Shown in pieces: positions 17,875 to 27,320 of a stretch of 64,000 nucleotides of DNA. The DNA is from an uncultured Chitinophagaceae bacterium (GTDB lineage Bacteria; Bacteroidota; Bacteroidia; Cytophagales; Cytophagaceae). A program made the position numbers and the translations under genes. How positions within the stretch are numbered: the stretch's first letter is position 1; the number at the start of each line of letters is the position of its first letter. Below the pieces are notes generated by a model that had not been told where the DNA came from, ran no database searches, and was given only the letters and a program-made list of their open reading frames with translations. The DNA lies in contig CAYVTO010000004.1 of NCBI GenBank assembly GCA_964454665.1, positions 144,229-208,228 of the forward strand, in the 5' to 3' direction.

Positions 17875-19680
17875 TTGTTCTTTGTACAAAACCTATTCAT
17901 TCCACCACTCTTGAAAAAAGAAGAAACACATAAAGTTAGCGGTAATTTATTCGACCTCATGGTATTGAGGAGATTAGGACAGTACATCAAACCCTACCGC
18001 GGATTTTTCTTCCTCCAAGTAAGTCTTACCTTATTCGCAGCCATACTGGCTACAGTAAAACCCTACATTGTACAGCATACCATCGATCATCAAATCGCCA
18101 ACAAAGACCTGACCGGACTTTATTGGATGGTAGGTCTACTTGCAGGACTGTTGATTCTTCATACCTTGGTGTATTATGCCAATACCTATTTGGCCGATTG
18201 GATTGGACAAACCATCATCCGAGACATTCGCACGAAATTATACCAACACCTATTACGGTTTCGCTTAAGTTTTTTCGATAAAACTCCGATTGGACAATTG
18301 GTTACACGCAATGTTTCTGATATCGAAACACTTTCCAATTTTACCAGTGAAGGTCTTGCCGGCATCTTAGGGGATGTATTGCAACTGATTTTCATTCTGA
18401 CCTTCATGCTCATCATGAACTGGAAGCTGACCTTGATCAGTCTTTCCGTGTTACCCCTCTTATTGATCAGCACGTATGTATTCAAAGAAAAAATAAAGTA
18501 TTCTTTTAACCTCGTTCGTACAGCCGTGGCCAACCTCAACACCTTTGTACAAGAACACATCACAGGTATGGCTATTGTTCAACTCTTCAACAGTGAAGAA
18601 CGAGAATACAAGAAATTTGAACGCATCAACCAAGAACACCGTGACGCCAATTTGAAATCGGTACTCTATTATTCCATCTACTTCCCCATCGCGGAAATCA
18701 TTGGTGCTTCAGGTATCGGGCTCTTGGTATGGATGGGTTCTAAAGAAGTCCTGGCAGGCTATACCACAGCCGGAACATTGATTTCATTCATCATGTACAT
18801 TTCGATGTTCTTCCGACCAATACGCATGATCGCCGATCGTTTCAACACCCTGCAAATGGCTGTTGTAAGTGCCGATCGTATTTTCAAACTTTTGGATAAA
18901 GAAGAAGAAATTCCTACCGACGGGCATTTAAACGACATCTGTATTGACGGGAAAGTAGAATTTAAAAACGTTTCCTTTGCCTACGAACAAGAGCGTTACG
19001 TGCTGAAAAACATTTCCTTTACAGCTCAAAAAGGGCAAACCATCGCCTTAGTAGGACCAACCGGTGCAGGAAAATCTTCTATCATCAATTTAATTTCCAG
19101 ACTTTACGATATACCAAAAGGAGAGATTTGCATTGATGGCATCAACATCCGTGATTTCAAATTGAACAATTTACGGACTCAAATAGGAACCGTACTGCAA
19201 GATGTATTTCTCTTTTCGGACAGCATTCGAAACAACATCACCCTCCACAACCCCAGCATCTCCGACGCACAAATATGGGAAGCCGCAGAATTGGTCGGTG
19301 CAGCCACTTTCATCCGTCAACTTCCTGGTCAACTGGATTATAAAGTCATGGAACGAGGAGGCACTTTATCCGTCGGTCAACGTCAATTGGTTTCCTTTAT
19401 CCGTACTTTAGTATACGATCCTAAAATCATCATCCTTGATGAAGCCACCTCTTCTATTGATGGAGAAACAGAAGAATTGATTCAAGAAGCCATTTTAAAA
19501 TTAATGAAAGGTCGAACAGCCATTGTGATTGCACATCGTCTTTCTACTGTACAACACGCTGACAATATTTTAGTTATAGAAAAAGGAGAAATCAAAGAGC
19601 GCGGTACACACCAAGAACTATTGAAACAAAATGGCATTTACCATCAAATGGCCACTGTACAATTTAAAACTTCTGCTTAA
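17875..19680 (+). CDS. ABC exporter, fused permease/ATPase (MsbA/multidrug type)
   Basis: Six-TM exporter domain followed by Walker A GPTGAGKSS, signature LSVGQRQ and Walker B IIILDEATS. The start is uncertain: TTG at 17875 or 17911, with no upstream ATG in frame. Confidence 0.9.
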   Translation: MFFVQNLFIPPLLKKEETHKVSGNLFDLMVLRRLGQYIKPYRGFFFLQVSLTLFAAILATVKPYIVQHTIDHQIANKDLTGLYWMVGLLAGLLILHTLVYYANTYLADWIGQTIIRDIRTKLYQHLLRFRLSFFDKTPIGQLVTRNVSDIETLSNFTSEGLAGILGDVLQLIFILTFMLIMNWKLTLISLSVLPLLLISTYVFKEKIKYSFNLVRTAVANLNTFVQEHITGMAIVQLFNSEEREYKKFERINQEHRDANLKSVLYYSIYFPIAEIIGASGIGLLVWMGSKEVLAGYTTAGTLISFIMYISMFFRPIRMIADRFNTLQMAVVSADRIFKLLDKEEEIPTDGHLNDICIDGKVEFKNVSFAYEQERYVLKNISFTAQKGQTIALVGPTGAGKSSIINLISRLYDIPKGEICIDGINIRDFKLNNLRTQIGTVLQDVFLFSDSIRNNITLHNPSISDAQIWEAAELVGAATFIRQLPGQLDYKVMERGGTLSVGQRQLVSFIRTLVYDPKIIILDEATSSIDGETEELIQEAILKLMKGRTAIVIAHRLSTVQHADNILVIEKGEIKERGTHQELLKQNGIYHQMATVQFKTSA

Positions 19681-19773
19681 GTAGAAAATACTTTCATCTG
19701 AAGCCCTTAATTTGGGCATATTCACAGATATTTTTTTTAACTTCGCTGCTTGCGATACTATTCACCTTTTACT

Positions 19774-22749
19774 ATGAATTATCAGAAAATCAACAACCTA
19801 AGCGGCTGGCTTGTTTTTGCCATAGCCACCCTTGTCTACATTCTTACGCTTGAACCTACCGCTAGTTTTTGGGATTGCGGAGAATTTATTGCAACATCCT
19901 ATAAACTTATGGTACCTCACCCTCCGGGAGCACCAATCTTCCTGCTCGTCGGAAGACTCTTCTCTTTCATGGCCATGGGTGACCTCACGCAGGTAGCGTA
20001 TTGGATCAATATGGCAGCAGCACTTTCAAGTAGTTTTACCATTTTATTTTTGTTTTGGTCTATTACTTTATTTGCCAAAAAATTGGTCATGCCGGCAAAC
20101 GGGATCCTGTCAACAGGCAATATCATTTCCATCATTGGCAGTGGTTTAGTGGGCAGTTTGGCTTATGCCTTCTCCGATACCTTTTGGTTCTCTTCAGAAG
20201 AAGCGGAAGTCTATGCCATGTCTTCATTCCTTACGGCCTTTGTTTTTTGGGCCATCTTGAAATGGGAAGAAAATGCCGACAAAGAGGGGTCTGATCGCTG
20301 GTTCCTGCTGATCGCTTACGTAGTAGGCTTATCCATCGGTGTCCATCTCTTGAATTTGTTGGCTATTCCGGCATTAGCACTTGTATACTATTTCAAAAAA
20401 TACAAAGAAACTACCACATGGGGGCTTATCGCTACCTTGATCATCAGTATGGTGGTATTGGGTATCATCCTTGTGGGTATTGTTCCTGGCTTACCGACCT
20501 TAGCGGCAAAATTTGAAGTCTTCTTTACCAATTCCTTAGGTATGTCGTTTGGCTCTGGTGTCATTGCCTTTGTCATTCTTTTGATCGCTTCTTTAGTAGC
20601 AGCCATCATGTACTCCATTAAGATCCAAAGTCGATTACTCAACTTATCGCTTTTGTCTTTCACCTTGATCATTATTGGATTTGGTTCTTATGGCGTTATC
20701 CTCATTCGTTCTCAATACAATCCCACCATCGACATGAACGATCCGGAAAACGTGATGACGTTCATTTCTTATTTGAAGCGTGAACAATACGGTGATCGCC
20801 CACTGGTCAAAGGCCCTGTATACACAGCAGGTTACCCGATCGATGTCAAAAAAACAAGTCCTGTCTACACACCAGGAAAAGATAAAAATGGGAAAGACCA
20901 ATACATCATTACCGATTACAAAAACGAATACATCTACGATCCTGCGCATGTCATGCTTTTCCCTCGTATGTACAGCACACAACCTAACCATATTCGTGCA
21001 TACCGCGACTGGTCTGGATTAAAAGAAGGAGAGAAACCAAGTTTTGCAGCCAACATGGGTTTCATGTTTACCTACCAAATGGGACACATGTATTGGAGGT
21101 ATTTCATGTGGAATTTCGCAGGAAAAGAAGGTGATGAACAAAATTCGAATTGGCTCAAGCCATCCGAATGGTTTGACAGCAGCATTCCTCAAGAAGTGCT
21201 TAACAACAAAGCACGTAATAACTATTTCATGTTACCTTTAATTGCAGGTTTGTTAGGACTCGTATTTCACTTTGGCAAAAATCCAAAAGACGGTAGTGTG
21301 ATTACCCTACTTTGGTTCTTCACGGGATTAGCATTGATCCTTTATGCCAACCCTCAACCCGTAGAACCAAGAGAAAGAGATTATGTATTCGCTGGATCTT
21401 TTTATGCTTTTGCCTTTTGGATCGGACTTTCGGTCCTCTTCCTGGAAGACCTCCTGAAAAACATCATCAAGAACGAAACCTTAAGACCCCTCCTGGTAAC
21501 GATACTGTTACTTGTAGTACCAGGCATTATGATTGCCGAAGGATGGAACGATCACGACCGTTCAAAAAGATATTTCCAGGTAGAAGGGGCTAAAAACATC
21601 TTGAACTCTTGTGACTCTAATGCCATTATTTTCACAGGAGGAGATAACGACACCTATCCTTTATGGTATGCACAAGAAGTAGAAGGATTCCGAACCGATG
21701 TAAGGGTATGTAACCTAAGCTTACTCAATGTCGACTGGTACATCAATCAAATGAAACGTAAGTCATACCTTTCAGAACCATTGCCAATAAGCCTCAGCGA
21801 ATCTAATTACAGCTCAGGAATCAACGATATGATCTACTTTGATGAGATGCCACGTTATGCCGATGGTATTTCTTTACCTGGTTATATTAAATTAGTAAGT
21901 CAAAACGACAACCGCATCAAACGTCCAAGTGGTGATGGCGATTTCCTGACGACCTATCCCTCTCAAACGTTTATTTTACCAGTAGACTCAGCAGCCGCAA
22001 AACGAGTGGTGCCTGAAAAATTCCAACATTTCATTGTCGATAAAATGAAATGGAAGATCAAGAAAAAAAGTCTGGACAAAAAATCGTTGATCATGTTGGA
22101 TATGATTGTGACCAACAATTGGAAACGTCCAATCTATTTCTCTACCACATTAGCGGGCGATGAGTTCTTAGACTTAAAAGCATTTATGCAAATGGAAGGA
22201 TTAGCTTATCGTTTATTACCTGTCTCTATTCCGGGTGCATCGGACGGATGGGTAGATGTCGATAAAATGTACGACAAGATGATCACGAAGTTTTCATACA
22301 AAGGTCTTCAGGATTCTACCATATTCTACGACGAAAACTATTACCGATTCACCAGCAACCATCGTAATGAATTACACACCCTTGCTGGCCAATTGATCCG
22401 GGAAGGAGATAAAGAAAAAGCAAAGAAAGTCATTGATTTTGCTTTTGAAAAAATACCAGGCTCTGCAATCCCTTACGACTACCACAGTGCCATGTTTATT
22501 CCTCTGTTATTAGAACTGGGTGAAGACAAAAAAGCCATTGCATTAGCAGAAACAATGGCTAAACAAGCCGATGATATCTTGACGTATTTCCAAACACACC
22601 ATATTCGTTATTCTACCAAAGAATACACCTCTCTACGTATACTTGATGTACTTTATGCGGGTATGAGGTCTGCAGGTGAAAATGAACTTGCGATAAAATA
22701 TGAAAACATGCTGAAGAAGCACTTAAAAGGCAGTCAATACGCTAACTAA
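19774..22749 (+). CDS. DUF2723-type large membrane protein (PMT/ArnT-like fold)
   Basis: The ATG at 19774 gives MNYQKINNLSGWLVFAIATLVYILTLEPTASFWDCGEFIATSYKLMVPHPPGAP, the conserved N-terminus of this family. There are many TM helices and a soluble C-terminal half. Confidence 0.85.
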   Translation: MNYQKINNLSGWLVFAIATLVYILTLEPTASFWDCGEFIATSYKLMVPHPPGAPIFLLVGRLFSFMAMGDLTQVAYWINMAAALSSSFTILFLFWSITLFAKKLVMPANGILSTGNIISIIGSGLVGSLAYAFSDTFWFSSEEAEVYAMSSFLTAFVFWAILKWEENADKEGSDRWFLLIAYVVGLSIGVHLLNLLAIPALALVYYFKKYKETTTWGLIATLIISMVVLGIILVGIVPGLPTLAAKFEVFFTNSLGMSFGSGVIAFVILLIASLVAAIMYSIKIQSRLLNLSLLSFTLIIIGFGSYGVILIRSQYNPTIDMNDPENVMTFISYLKREQYGDRPLVKGPVYTAGYPIDVKKTSPVYTPGKDKNGKDQYIITDYKNEYIYDPAHVMLFPRMYSTQPNHIRAYRDWSGLKEGEKPSFAANMGFMFTYQMGHMYWRYFMWNFAGKEGDEQNSNWLKPSEWFDSSIPQEVLNNKARNNYFMLPLIAGLLGLVFHFGKNPKDGSVITLLWFFTGLALILYANPQPVEPRERDYVFAGSFYAFAFWIGLSVLFLEDLLKNIIKNETLRPLLVTILLLVVPGIMIAEGWNDHDRSKRYFQVEGAKNILNSCDSNAIIFTGGDNDTYPLWYAQEVEGFRTDVRVCNLSLLNVDWYINQMKRKSYLSEPLPISLSESNYSSGINDMIYFDEMPRYADGISLPGYIKLVSQNDNRIKRPSGDGDFLTTYPSQTFILPVDSAAAKRVVPEKFQHFIVDKMKWKIKKKSLDKKSLIMLDMIVTNNWKRPIYFSTTLAGDEFLDLKAFMQMEGLAYRLLPVSIPGASDGWVDVDKMYDKMITKFSYKGLQDSTIFYDENYYRFTSNHRNELHTLAGQLIREGDKEKAKKVIDFAFEKIPGSAIPYDYHSAMFIPLLLELGEDKKAIALAETMAKQADDILTYFQTHHIRYSTKEYTSLRILDVLYAGMRSAGENELAIKYENMLKKHLKGSQYAN

Positions 22750-22751
22750 TT

Positions 22752-22786
22752 AAAAAGGTCCCGTTTAAAAAAGCGGGACCTTTTTT
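22752..22786 (+). terminator. rho-independent terminator
   Basis: aaaaaGGTCCCG-tttaaaaaag-CGGGACCtttttt lies directly after the DUF2723 stop. Confidence 0.75.
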
Positions 22787-22798
22787 AACACCACCTTC

Positions 22799-23572
22799 AT
22801 GAAACCTCCATACCTTAACCGATCCAAAAGACCCATGCCTCCTTCCGATGATTTCATCATTGGCATGCATCCTGTAAAAGAAGCCATCTTATCAGGAAAA
22901 ACAGTAGACAAAGTCCTTATCGATCGCGTAGAAACAGGTCTTGCTACCAAAGAAATCATGACACTTTGCAAAGAGCACAACATTCCTTTGCAGACAGTCC
23001 CTCCCGAAAAATTAAAACGGATCACCAACAAAAACCACCAGGGTATTATTGCGTTGTTGTCACCCGTTCCTTTCTATGAGCTGGACAACATCATCATGAG
23101 TACCTTTGAAAAAGGCGAAGATCCATTGGTCGTTGTATTGGATCGCATCACCGATGTACGCAACATGGGAGCCATTGCCCGTTCATGTGAATGCATGGGA
23201 GTACATGCCATTGTCATTCCCGAAAAAAATGCATCCCGCATCAACTCCGAGGCAATCAAATCTTCCGCAGGAGCTTTACTTCATATTCCATTGTGTAGAG
23301 AAGCAGACTTGAAACAGACCATCATCAAATTACAAAAATTCGGATTGGTCATTGCAGGAGTGACAGAGAAAGGTGCTGACTATGCCTTCAAAACAGAATT
23401 GACAGGTCCTCTAGCTTTAGTGATGGGATCTGAAGAAGATGGGATTTCCGATGAGATCCTTCGTAAGTGTGATCATCTGGTACAAATTCCTATGCAAGGA
23501 AAAATCAGTTCTTTAAATGTATCGGTAGCCTGCGGTGTGATGTTGTATGAAGTGAATAGGCAAAGGGGATAG
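22799..23572 (+). CDS. rlmB: 23S rRNA 2'-O-methyltransferase, SpoU/TrmH class (RlmB-like)
   Basis: N-terminal substrate-binding domain (GMHPVKEAILSGK) and SpoU motifs (VVLDRITDVRNMGAIARS, LVMGSEEDGIS, IPMQGKISSLNVSVACGV). Internal starts at 22835 or 22865 are possible. Confidence 0.85.
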   Translation: MKPPYLNRSKRPMPPSDDFIIGMHPVKEAILSGKTVDKVLIDRVETGLATKEIMTLCKEHNIPLQTVPPEKLKRITNKNHQGIIALLSPVPFYELDNIIMSTFEKGEDPLVVVLDRITDVRNMGAIARSCECMGVHAIVIPEKNASRINSEAIKSSAGALLHIPLCREADLKQTIIKLQKFGLVIAGVTEKGADYAFKTELTGPLALVMGSEEDGISDEILRKCDHLVQIPMQGKISSLNVSVACGVMLYEVNRQRG

Positions 23573-23573
23573 G

Positions 23574-23588
23574 AGTCAGTGGTCAGTG
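23574..23588. repeat. left heptamer arm (2 units, inverted orientation)
   Basis: agtcagt ggtcagt g. Positions 23575-23588 are the reverse complement of cactgaccactgac, found in the right-hand array (for example 23729-23742). Confidence 0.7.
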
Positions 23589-23613
23589 TAGAAATAATAA
23601 GCAGTATTAGTAA

Positions 23614-23657
23614 AAATAAAAGAACCAATTCGAAAATCGAACTGGTTCTTTTTATTT
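23614..23657. terminator. bidirectional hairpin between convergent genes
   Basis: aaataaaagaaccaattcga-aaa-tcgaactggttctttttattt. The stem is about 19 bp with one mismatch and one bulge, and has A- and T-runs on both sides. Confidence 0.7.
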
Positions 23658-23716
23658 GAATAAGAGTTTTTAGTGATTGCCAAAAAATCAACACTGTTTT
23701 ATCTACAGATTGGCAT

Positions 23717-23763
23717 CTGACTACTGACCACTGACCACTGACCACTGACCACTAACCACTAAC
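23717..23763. repeat. tandem heptamer array (CTGACCA x4 with variants)
   Basis: ctgacta ctgacca ctgacca ctgacca ctgacca ctaacca ctaac. It ends at the stop codon of the ManC-type gene. Confidence 0.9.
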
Positions 23764-24840
23764 TTATATAAACTTCGCTCCTTTTTTCGACTTCACATCC
23801 GCCACAAAATCTTTCACACGTTGTTCTTGGTCTTTGCGGCAAATCATCAATACCCCATCATACTCGGCTACAATATAATCCTCCAAACCTTCTACGATAA
23901 CCAATTTATCTTTGGGCAGTTTAATGATGCAATTTGACGTATCATACGTCATGACATTTCCATCAATCGCATTCCCTTCTTTGTTTTTTTCAGAATTATC
24001 GTACAACGATTTCCATGTTCCCAGATCTGACCAACCAAATTCACTTGGAACGACAAATACATTCGATGCTTTTTCTAAAATACCATAGTCGATCGAAATA
24101 TTTCTACATTGAGAATAGGCCTTGGCAATGAAGGCATTTTCTCCTGATGTCCAATACACGCCTTTACCTTCAGAAAAAGTTTCCGCCATGTCTTGCATAT
24201 ACGCTCCAAAGGCTTTAATGATGGATGATGCATTCCAAACAAAGATCCCAGCATTCCATAAAAAATCGCCGCTGTCTAAAAAAACTTTAGCCAAATCCAA
24301 GGCTGGTTTTTCCGTAAAGGTTTTCACCTTCTTTATTTTTGTTTTTTTATCTTCTATGTATTGAATATAGCCATAACCTGTATCAGGCCTTGTCGGTTTA
24401 ATACCCAAAGTCACCAACAAATCGGAAGAAGCTGTTGCTTCAAAAGCAATGTTCAACGTATCTGAAAAACTTTTCTCATCCTTGATGATATGATCAGATG
24501 GCAACACCACAATATTGGCTTGCTTGTTTTTTTCGTAAATTTTATAACAGGCATAAGCAATACAAGGTGCGGTATTACGTCCCACTGGTTCTCCTAAAAT
24601 TTGATGATCAGAAAACGAAGGAAGCTGTTCTTTTACCAAGTCAATATAATCTTGGTTTGTTACAATCAAAATATTTTCAGGAGCAACTAAGCCCTCTAAA
24701 CGATGCACCGTTTGTTGCAATAAGCTTTTCCCTGTTCCTAAAACGTCGTGAAATTGCTTGGGATACTTTGTCCTGCTGAAAGGCCAAAACCGGCTTCCTA
24801 CCCCACCTGCCATAATAATTGCATAACGACTTTTCTGCAT
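23764..24840 (-). CDS. manC: mannose-1-phosphate guanylyltransferase (no isomerase domain)
   Basis: N-terminal YAIIMAGGVGSRFWPFSRTKYPKQF nucleotidyl-transferase motif and overall ManC/CpsB-like sequence, 358 aa. Confidence 0.9.
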   Translation of the reverse strand: MQKSRYAIIMAGGVGSRFWPFSRTKYPKQFHDVLGTGKSLLQQTVHRLEGLVAPENILIVTNQDYIDLVKEQLPSFSDHQILGEPVGRNTAPCIAYACYKIYEKNKQANIVVLPSDHIIKDEKSFSDTLNIAFEATASSDLLVTLGIKPTRPDTGYGYIQYIEDKKTKIKKVKTFTEKPALDLAKVFLDSGDFLWNAGIFVWNASSIIKAFGAYMQDMAETFSEGKGVYWTSGENAFIAKAYSQCRNISIDYGILEKASNVFVVPSEFGWSDLGTWKSLYDNSEKNKEGNAIDGNVMTYDTSNCIIKLPKDKLVIVEGLEDYIVAEYDGVLMICRKDQEQRVKDFVADVKSKKGAKFI

Positions 24841-25120
24841 GCTTCAATCAGTTTTACGAACAAATTATAGCGAATTTAAACTATTAGAGAAAGATTTACA
24901 ATTATTCCACCATAACTTACACCTCTCCATTACAAAAACACTTGTATTATTAGTCTTCAAGACCAGATATGCAGTATTCTGTATCTTTTTATCTTTTCGC
25001 TTTCTCTATTTTTAATCATAATTAGAGATTATACTACATGTCTACTTTTATAACATCTAAATTTTGCTAACTTCAATGAAAGGTTCAATACCAATTCAAT
25101 AGACAGAAGGAAAACCAACC

Positions 25121-27298
25121 ATGATGATCGAACATGAAGTAGAAATATACAGTACCCTCAAGGAGATTTTTGGGTACCACAACTTCAGAGGTAATCAGGA
25201 GAAAATCATTAACAACCTCTTAGCCGGCAAGAACACCTTTGTGATCATGCCAACCGGTGCAGGAAAATCACTGTGCTATCAATTACCAGCTTTGGTCATG
25301 CCTGGTACTGCCATTGTGATTTCTCCTTTGATCGCACTTATGAAAAATCAGGTGGATCAATTGGTGGCTCATGGAATCAATGCACAGTTCTTGAATTCCA
25401 CCTTGACCAAAGGAGAAATTAATGCGGTAAAAAAAGACACCTTAAACGGAAATGTCAAACTGCTCTATGTCGCTCCAGAAACTTTAACCAAAGAAGAAAA
25501 TATCACCTTCCTTCGTCAAGCCAACATCTCTTTTGTGGCCATCGACGAAGCCCACTGTATTTCGGAATGGGGACACGACTTCAGACCAGAATACCGTAAA
25601 ATCAGAACCATCATAGAACAATTAGGCAATAATATTCCTGTGATCGCATTAACGGCCACAGCAACACCTAAAGTTCAACTCGATATTCAGAAAAACTTAC
25701 ACATGGAAGAGGCGAGTTTATTTAAATCCTCTTTCAACCGTAAAAATCTATTTTATACCATCCGACCAAAAGGAGGTACAAAAAAACAATTGATCAAATT
25801 CATCAAAGCCCGTAAGGGACAAAGTGGAATTATCTACTGCTTAAGCCGTAAAAAAGTAGAAGAAATTGCCGAATTGCTGAAAGTCAACGACATCAATGCG
25901 CTGCCATACCATGCTGGGCTCGATGCTTCTGTTCGTATAAAAAATCAAGACGCCTTTCTGAATGAAGAGGCCGATGTGATTGTAGCGACCATTGCCTTTG
26001 GTATGGGTATCGACAAACCAGACGTTCGCTTTGTCATACATTATGATACGCCCAAATCATTAGAAGGCTATTACCAGGAAACAGGACGGGCAGGACGGGA
26101 CGGCATGGATGCCGATTGTTTGATGTTCTACAGTTATAACGACATCCTCAAACTTGAAAAATTCAATAAGGATAAAAACGTAACGGAACGAGACAATGCC
26201 AAACAACTTCTCCTGGAAATGGCAGCTTATGCGGAATCGTCTGTATGTCGAAGAAAAGTTATTTTAAATTATTTTGGTGAACACTTAGAAAAAGATTGTG
26301 GCTTCTGTGATAACTGCAAAAATCCTAAAGCGCAATTCGAAGGTGAAAAACATGTGAGTCTTGCTGTACAAACGGCTTTACTGACGGAAGAAAAGTTCGG
26401 TGTACAACACATGAGTCAGGTCTTAGCAGGTATCGACAATGAATATACCATCAGCTATCAACACAACAAACTCGACGTATTTGGAAAAGGCAAAGAAGAA
26501 GCTGTTGCTTTTTGGGGATCGGTATTCCGCCAAGCCATCTTGTTAGAATTACTCGACAAAGACATCGACAACTACGGCATCATTAAAGTAACAGAAAAAG
26601 GAAAAAGTTTTTTAAAGAAACCTTATGCTGTCATCTTATCGAGAGATCACGACTATTCTAAACTTGAAAGTGCGGAAGAATACGAGGAAGCCAATGCTCA
26701 GGTGAGTTGCGATGAAACCCTCTTGAATATCCTTAAGTCGCTACGGAAAAAAGTAGCCAAGGAAAAAGGCGTACCTCCTTATGTGGTCTTTCAGGAACCA
26801 TCGCTCATTGAAATGGCTACCGTATACCCTACCACACGGGAAGAACTGAGCAGAATCAATGGAGTGGGATTAGGTAAAGCTCAAAAATTCGGGAAAGCAT
26901 TCTTAGAAATCATTACACAATATGTTGCAGAAAATGACATTACTCCTTCGAGCGAAGTAGTGATTAAATCGTCTGTCAACAAATCAAAAATTAAAATCTT
27001 CATCATTCAGCAAGTCGACCGAAAAGTGGATTTGGATGAAATTGCAGAAAGTAAAAAAATTCCCTTCCCTGAATTAATGGAAGAGATAGAACACATCTGT
27101 TATTCCGGAACAAAACTGAATCTCGATTATTATATCGACCAAATGATCGATGAAGAAAAACAAGAAGACATCTACGATTATTTTATGTCTGCAGAAAACG
27201 ACAGCATCTCTCAAGCCATTCAAGAACTCGGGAAAGAATATACCGAAGAAGAACTTCGTTTGATGCGCATTAAATTTTTGTCTGAATTAGCAAACTAA
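25121..27298 (+). CDS. recQ: ATP-dependent DNA helicase RecQ
   Basis: Motif I MPTGAGKSLCYQ, DEAH box AIDEAHCISEWGHDFRPEY, Zn-binding CRRK...CDNC, and a C-terminal HRDC-like region. Confidence 0.95.
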   Translation: MMIEHEVEIYSTLKEIFGYHNFRGNQEKIINNLLAGKNTFVIMPTGAGKSLCYQLPALVMPGTAIVISPLIALMKNQVDQLVAHGINAQFLNSTLTKGEINAVKKDTLNGNVKLLYVAPETLTKEENITFLRQANISFVAIDEAHCISEWGHDFRPEYRKIRTIIEQLGNNIPVIALTATATPKVQLDIQKNLHMEEASLFKSSFNRKNLFYTIRPKGGTKKQLIKFIKARKGQSGIIYCLSRKKVEEIAELLKVNDINALPYHAGLDASVRIKNQDAFLNEEADVIVATIAFGMGIDKPDVRFVIHYDTPKSLEGYYQETGRAGRDGMDADCLMFYSYNDILKLEKFNKDKNVTERDNAKQLLLEMAAYAESSVCRRKVILNYFGEHLEKDCGFCDNCKNPKAQFEGEKHVSLAVQTALLTEEKFGVQHMSQVLAGIDNEYTISYQHNKLDVFGKGKEEAVAFWGSVFRQAILLELLDKDIDNYGIIKVTEKGKSFLKKPYAVILSRDHDYSKLESAEEYEEANAQVSCDETLLNILKSLRKKVAKEKGVPPYVVFQEPSLIEMATVYPTTREELSRINGVGLGKAQKFGKAFLEIITQYVAENDITPSSEVVIKSSVNKSKIKIFIIQQVDRKVDLDEIAESKKIPFPELMEEIEHICYSGTKLNLDYYIDQMIDEEKQEDIYDYFMSAENDSISQAIQELGKEYTEEELRLMRIKFLSELAN

Positions 27299-27320
27299 TA
27301 CATTATACATTCTTTTATTT

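Noticed and set aside
23473-23745. 90-aa minus-strand ORF (MVSGQWSVVRCQ...) spanning the rlmB/manC intergenic region.
   Set aside because: Its N-terminus is simply the translation of the heptamer array. It runs through the terminator hairpin and into the rlmB 3' end on the opposite strand. It is not a gene.
23717-23763. Heptamer tandem array considered as a CRISPR array.
   Set aside because: The unit is 7 nt with no spacers, far below CRISPR repeat size. It is a microsatellite-like array.
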